Shown here piece after piece: positions 15,719-18,923 of a stretch of DNA of 18,923 bases. The stretch's first letter is position 1. Each line of letters starts with the position of its first letter. A program made the translations under genes and the position numbers. The stretch is from Promethearchaeota archaeon (GTDB lineage Archaea > Asgardarchaeota > Lokiarchaeia > Sigyniarchaeales > SOKP01). The notes under the pieces are model-generated. The model was not told the origin of the DNA, made no database searches, and saw only the letters and a program-made list of their open reading frames with translations. Where the stretch lies: positions 1 to 18,923 of the forward strand of contig JAHPZE010000051.1 in NCBI GenBank assembly GCA_019058365.1, given 5' to 3'.

Positions 15719-18700
15719 TTAATTCCAATCTTTAAAGGGAATTTGCTTACTGTCCCTCTCATTCTTCGATTGATTGTTGTTTACTACTTTTTCTATTACA
15801 TCTCTGTTTTCACCAATGCGTATCCGGTGTTTTATTTTTCTTCCAGTCCCTATTACTACTGCCACCACGATTGCTGTAATTATTGAGGCAGAAATTGCTA
15901 GTACCATACCATTGACATCAAACGGAAGATTTATAGGATTTGGTATTGGATCAGGAGTCGGTGTTGGATCAGGGGGTGGTGTTGGATCTGTAGGAATCCG
16001 TGATTCAATTTGCACCTCATGTTCAAATAAAATTAATCCCTTTGGGAAGAAAATGTCGACCAAAGTAACATTGAAATAATAGCTCGCGGCGTCTTCGAAT
16101 TCATAGGTGCAAGTAAATTTCGAATAAGTTGTAAAATCGATTTTAGTGAAATTTAGAGTTACTATATATGAGTCATCTTTAAATATATGAACATTAACAG
16201 TTGAATTGCTAATGGAATGAAATTCAGAATTGATTTTACGTGAGACATTTACATTAAATGTTATTTTTTTATCATTTTCTGTTATATTATAATCTATTAT
16301 CTGTGCAAAGGTTGTTTGGAAAACAATTGGTACTTGACCAATGAGTTCTAAATGATCATAGATATTCAAAGTTCCTTCTATAAATGGAAGATATTTTGGG
16401 TCTTCTGGTACTAAGAAATTAATCTGATATGAATTATCGAATTGTTCTTCGAGGTATAATGTGCCAAATTTAATGCTTTCAAAAGTAACTGATGTTAATT
16501 GACCATATTCACTAAATATTAAATTACTAAATGATGCGGTGATTGTGTTAACACTTCCTAAAGAAATTGACTTGGTATAATCACATTCAATATGTAGCTC
16601 ACTATTTCTTGCCATATCACAGATCCATTGAAAAATTTCTTGATTAATTTCTACTTTGTCTAAACTAGAATAAAACTCACTTTTATCATCAATGTATAAT
16701 TGTTTAACCAACCTATTAGTTAATGTAGCATTAAAATCAATTTCAAAATCCAAAATTTCAGAAATCTTGTAAGAGTAGTAAACATTTTCTACGTTGCTGT
16801 AATCGATGGTTAATCGAACATAATCTTTAAGTTTTTCCTTATCCAAATCAAATAAATTTAGAGCTTTTAAGATATATATCGAATAATAAGTGTTTTTTAG
16901 GATTACTTCTAGGTTTGATGTATAGTATGGTTTGAAAAAAATCACGGAATCTGTTTCACATAAATTTCTTCTGATATATCCATATAGAGCACCCTTATTG
17001 AACGATAAATTAGCAATATTCCCAAGATCTAAAAATTCAACTAATAATTCTAATGTTTTAATGGCGTAAAAACTACTTTCTAAAAAAATGCTCTTATTTT
17101 GTGATTCAGGAGTTTTTAGAGAATAAGTTAGAAATGGCAAGAAAGCCCCATAGTTTTCAAAATCCGAGTTTAAGAATTGACAATTCAAAACATTATTGAT
17201 CAGAACCATTAAATCATAGTTTGAGTCAAGATCATCTAACTTAAACATATTTTGCAAAGAACTTAATGCTCGATAATTAAATTTGTGATTATAAAGGCCA
17301 TCAATTTCTTGTGTATATCGATGATACCCTAAATTATAGAATTCGATGGGATATAACCTAAATCCTATAAAATTTTTGAAATTTGTGCTTGCAGAGAAGC
17401 CGTAACATTCTATAAACCCAAAATATTGAAAGCACTGCTCTAATAAATTGTATATCCCAAGTATGTCTAAATCTGGAATGCGATTAAATAAATCAAAAGA
17501 GTTTACTATTGAGTATATGAGATCAATAGCCATATAATCATTAGAAATTAATGAAAATCCATTATTTTGCTTATAATAGCCAACGGCACCAGCAATCTGA
17601 CTTTTTTTTAGTTCAGTTAATTGAGAAATTTGTCCAGATTCTTTTAAACACCGAATTATTTGAAAGGTGTCAATCAACTCATGATTTTGAAATACAGTTG
17701 AAGAATCCCAGTTTCCCAAATAATTTCGATTAGTTAAAAGGAAATTCATTACTTCATTTATATTAATACCGGTATACCCCAAAATATTTGACAATTCTAA
17801 TCCTAATGCTGTTGCAATGATATTACAAAAATCAGGTATTCCAAAATCACACATTTGGAATGAATGAATAGAGTTATCATATAATCCATCTAAATATTGG
17901 CAAAAATCTATTATTCTTATAGAATCAACTAAATTTAATATTTCTAAACTCTTAATACAGTAATATGATGAGAGTAAATTAGGCTCGAACATTGGAGATG
18001 TAAGAGAATCAAAACTAGTATCATTATCATTAGTAAAACCTCCATTTAACGATTGCAATCCATTAATATATTGTACAATTCTTGTTAGTTCACCATTATA
18101 CCCACTCAAGTCATCTATTAATAAATCTAAAGTTCGAAGAGCATAATAAGTATTATCCATCGTTGCTATTTTAAACTTTCTAACTAAATTTGAGTCATAG
18201 GGCTGCCCTATAAAACCATTTTCAGAACCTTCAGGATTGTAGCAACTCCAAATAAAATCTATTAAATCTTGGCTATTTATCAAATCTAATTGCCCTAATA
18301 ATCCTAAAGATAATATCGCATAACAATTAATTTCAAGAACAGAAGTAAGAGGATAGTAACACTGTGAAAAATCCGTGTCTAGGTACCTATAAGCATATTT
18401 ATCAATGAAAACTTGTGATCTGTTATCAAAATGAGACATAATATAGTTTGTAATTGCTGTCTCATTTATTTGATCAAGCGCCTTAAGAGCTTCAAGAATG
18501 TAAAGACTATAGTATGTAGCTTGTAGAGAAGATTCATAGATTTGAGGAAAGTAACCAAAAGATGAATATTGATATAATTTGTGAGCAAAAGTGTTCGTGA
18601 TTATTTCATAGTTACTCTGTGTACTTGAAATTGCGGGATTTTCAATTAATTCATTGTTTATATTCCTCTGTGTGTATCCTTGAATGCATAAATTGCATCT

Positions 18701-18817
18701 AAAGCTTCCATTTAGAGATATTGAACTGATTAAAAAAAAAATACAATAATAAACCAAGATTTTATACGGGTTCTTCAATTTTTTGCTCCTTACATTTAAA
18801 TTTAAACAATAATGCAA
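15719..18817 (-). CDS. Large secreted, C-terminally membrane-anchored protein with prenyltransferase/squalene-oxidase-like (alpha-alpha barrel) repeats
   Basis: N-terminal hydrophobic segment; repeated TYYS/TYYA/SYYC/SFYA helices and YINGLQSLNGGF; beta-rich C-terminal region, PT-rich linker, TM helix (MVLAISASIITAIVVAVVIG) and basic tail. Start uncertain (TTG 18817 or TTG 18778). Confidence 0.8.
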   Translation of the reverse strand: MHYCLNLNVRSKKLKNPYKILVYYCIFFLISSISLNGSFRCNLCIQGYTQRNINNELIENPAISSTQSNYEIITNTFAHKLYQYSSFGYFPQIYESSLQATYYSLYILEALKALDQINETAITNYIMSHFDNRSQVFIDKYAYRYLDTDFSQCYYPLTSVLEINCYAILSLGLLGQLDLINSQDLIDFIWSCYNPEGSENGFIGQPYDSNLVRKFKIATMDNTYYALRTLDLLIDDLSGYNGELTRIVQYINGLQSLNGGFTNDNDTSFDSLTSPMFEPNLLSSYYCIKSLEILNLVDSIRIIDFCQYLDGLYDNSIHSFQMCDFGIPDFCNIIATALGLELSNILGYTGININEVMNFLLTNRNYLGNWDSSTVFQNHELIDTFQIIRCLKESGQISQLTELKKSQIAGAVGYYKQNNGFSLISNDYMAIDLIYSIVNSFDLFNRIPDLDILGIYNLLEQCFQYFGFIECYGFSASTNFKNFIGFRLYPIEFYNLGYHRYTQEIDGLYNHKFNYRALSSLQNMFKLDDLDSNYDLMVLINNVLNCQFLNSDFENYGAFLPFLTYSLKTPESQNKSIFLESSFYAIKTLELLVEFLDLGNIANLSFNKGALYGYIRRNLCETDSVIFFKPYYTSNLEVILKNTYYSIYILKALNLFDLDKEKLKDYVRLTIDYSNVENVYYSYKISEILDFEIDFNATLTNRLVKQLYIDDKSEFYSSLDKVEINQEIFQWICDMARNSELHIECDYTKSISLGSVNTITASFSNLIFSEYGQLTSVTFESIKFGTLYLEEQFDNSYQINFLVPEDPKYLPFIEGTLNIYDHLELIGQVPIVFQTTFAQIIDYNITENDKKITFNVNVSRKINSEFHSISNSTVNVHIFKDDSYIVTLNFTKIDFTTYSKFTCTYEFEDAASYYFNVTLVDIFFPKGLILFEHEVQIESRIPTDPTPPPDPTPTPDPIPNPINLPFDVNGMVLAISASIITAIVVAVVIGTGRKIKHRIRIGENRDVIEKVVNNNQSKNERDSKQIPFKDWN
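15947..15988. repeat. About 2.3 x 18-bp repeat encoding the DPTPPP/DPTPTP linker
   Basis: tggatcaggagtcggtgt tggatcagggggtggtgt tggatc. Confidence 0.7.
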
Positions 18818-18923
18818 CCATCTATTTATAAAGAAAAATGGGTATTAACAAAAATTTGAAAAAAAAGAAATTGAGTAAATTTTACTCTTAATCTTTTTTA
18901 TTTTTTTCTAATTATTTGCCAAC

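Noticed and set aside
13925-17733. ORFs 13925+, 15138-, 15774+ and 17551+
   Set aside because: Antisense or off-frame to surface-protein genes; the Ser/Gly-rich ones simply mirror the repeat linkers.

Overview
Very AT-rich archaeal window. An Asgard (Lokiarchaeia-like) origin is inferred from the BHB-type tRNA introns, the RHH/LAGLIDADG/methanogenesis-marker-9 gene content and the composition; it is not proven. The left part (1-7.7 kb) is housekeeping and metabolic: DHH/DHHA1 phosphoesterase, Cys-rich methanogenesis-marker-9-domain protein, PhnN-like kinase, DtxR/MntR regulator, an orphan, a ribbon-helix-helix regulator, F420-dependent NADP oxidoreductase-like protein, Zn-dependent dehydrogenase and MBL-fold hydrolase. 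The main hidden feature lies at 1869-2031 (-): a tRNA-His(GUG) gene split by three non-canonical bulge-helix-bulge introns (22/23, 45/46, 58/59), each 30 nt under my parse. The right part (7.8-18.9 kb) is accessory and entirely on the minus strand. It holds a SAM methyltransferase, two gene remnants (membrane-protein C-terminus; LsrF/DhnA-aldolase-like C-terminus), a PARIS-like ABC ATPase + DUF4435/TOPRIM pair, a free-standing Zn-ribbon/LAGLIDADG/HTH protein, a membrane-anchored glutamyl-endopeptidase-CARDB gene broken by one in-frame TAA, and a 1032-aa membrane-anchored prenyltransferase-repeat protein. All family calls come from motif recognition by eye; no database search was run.
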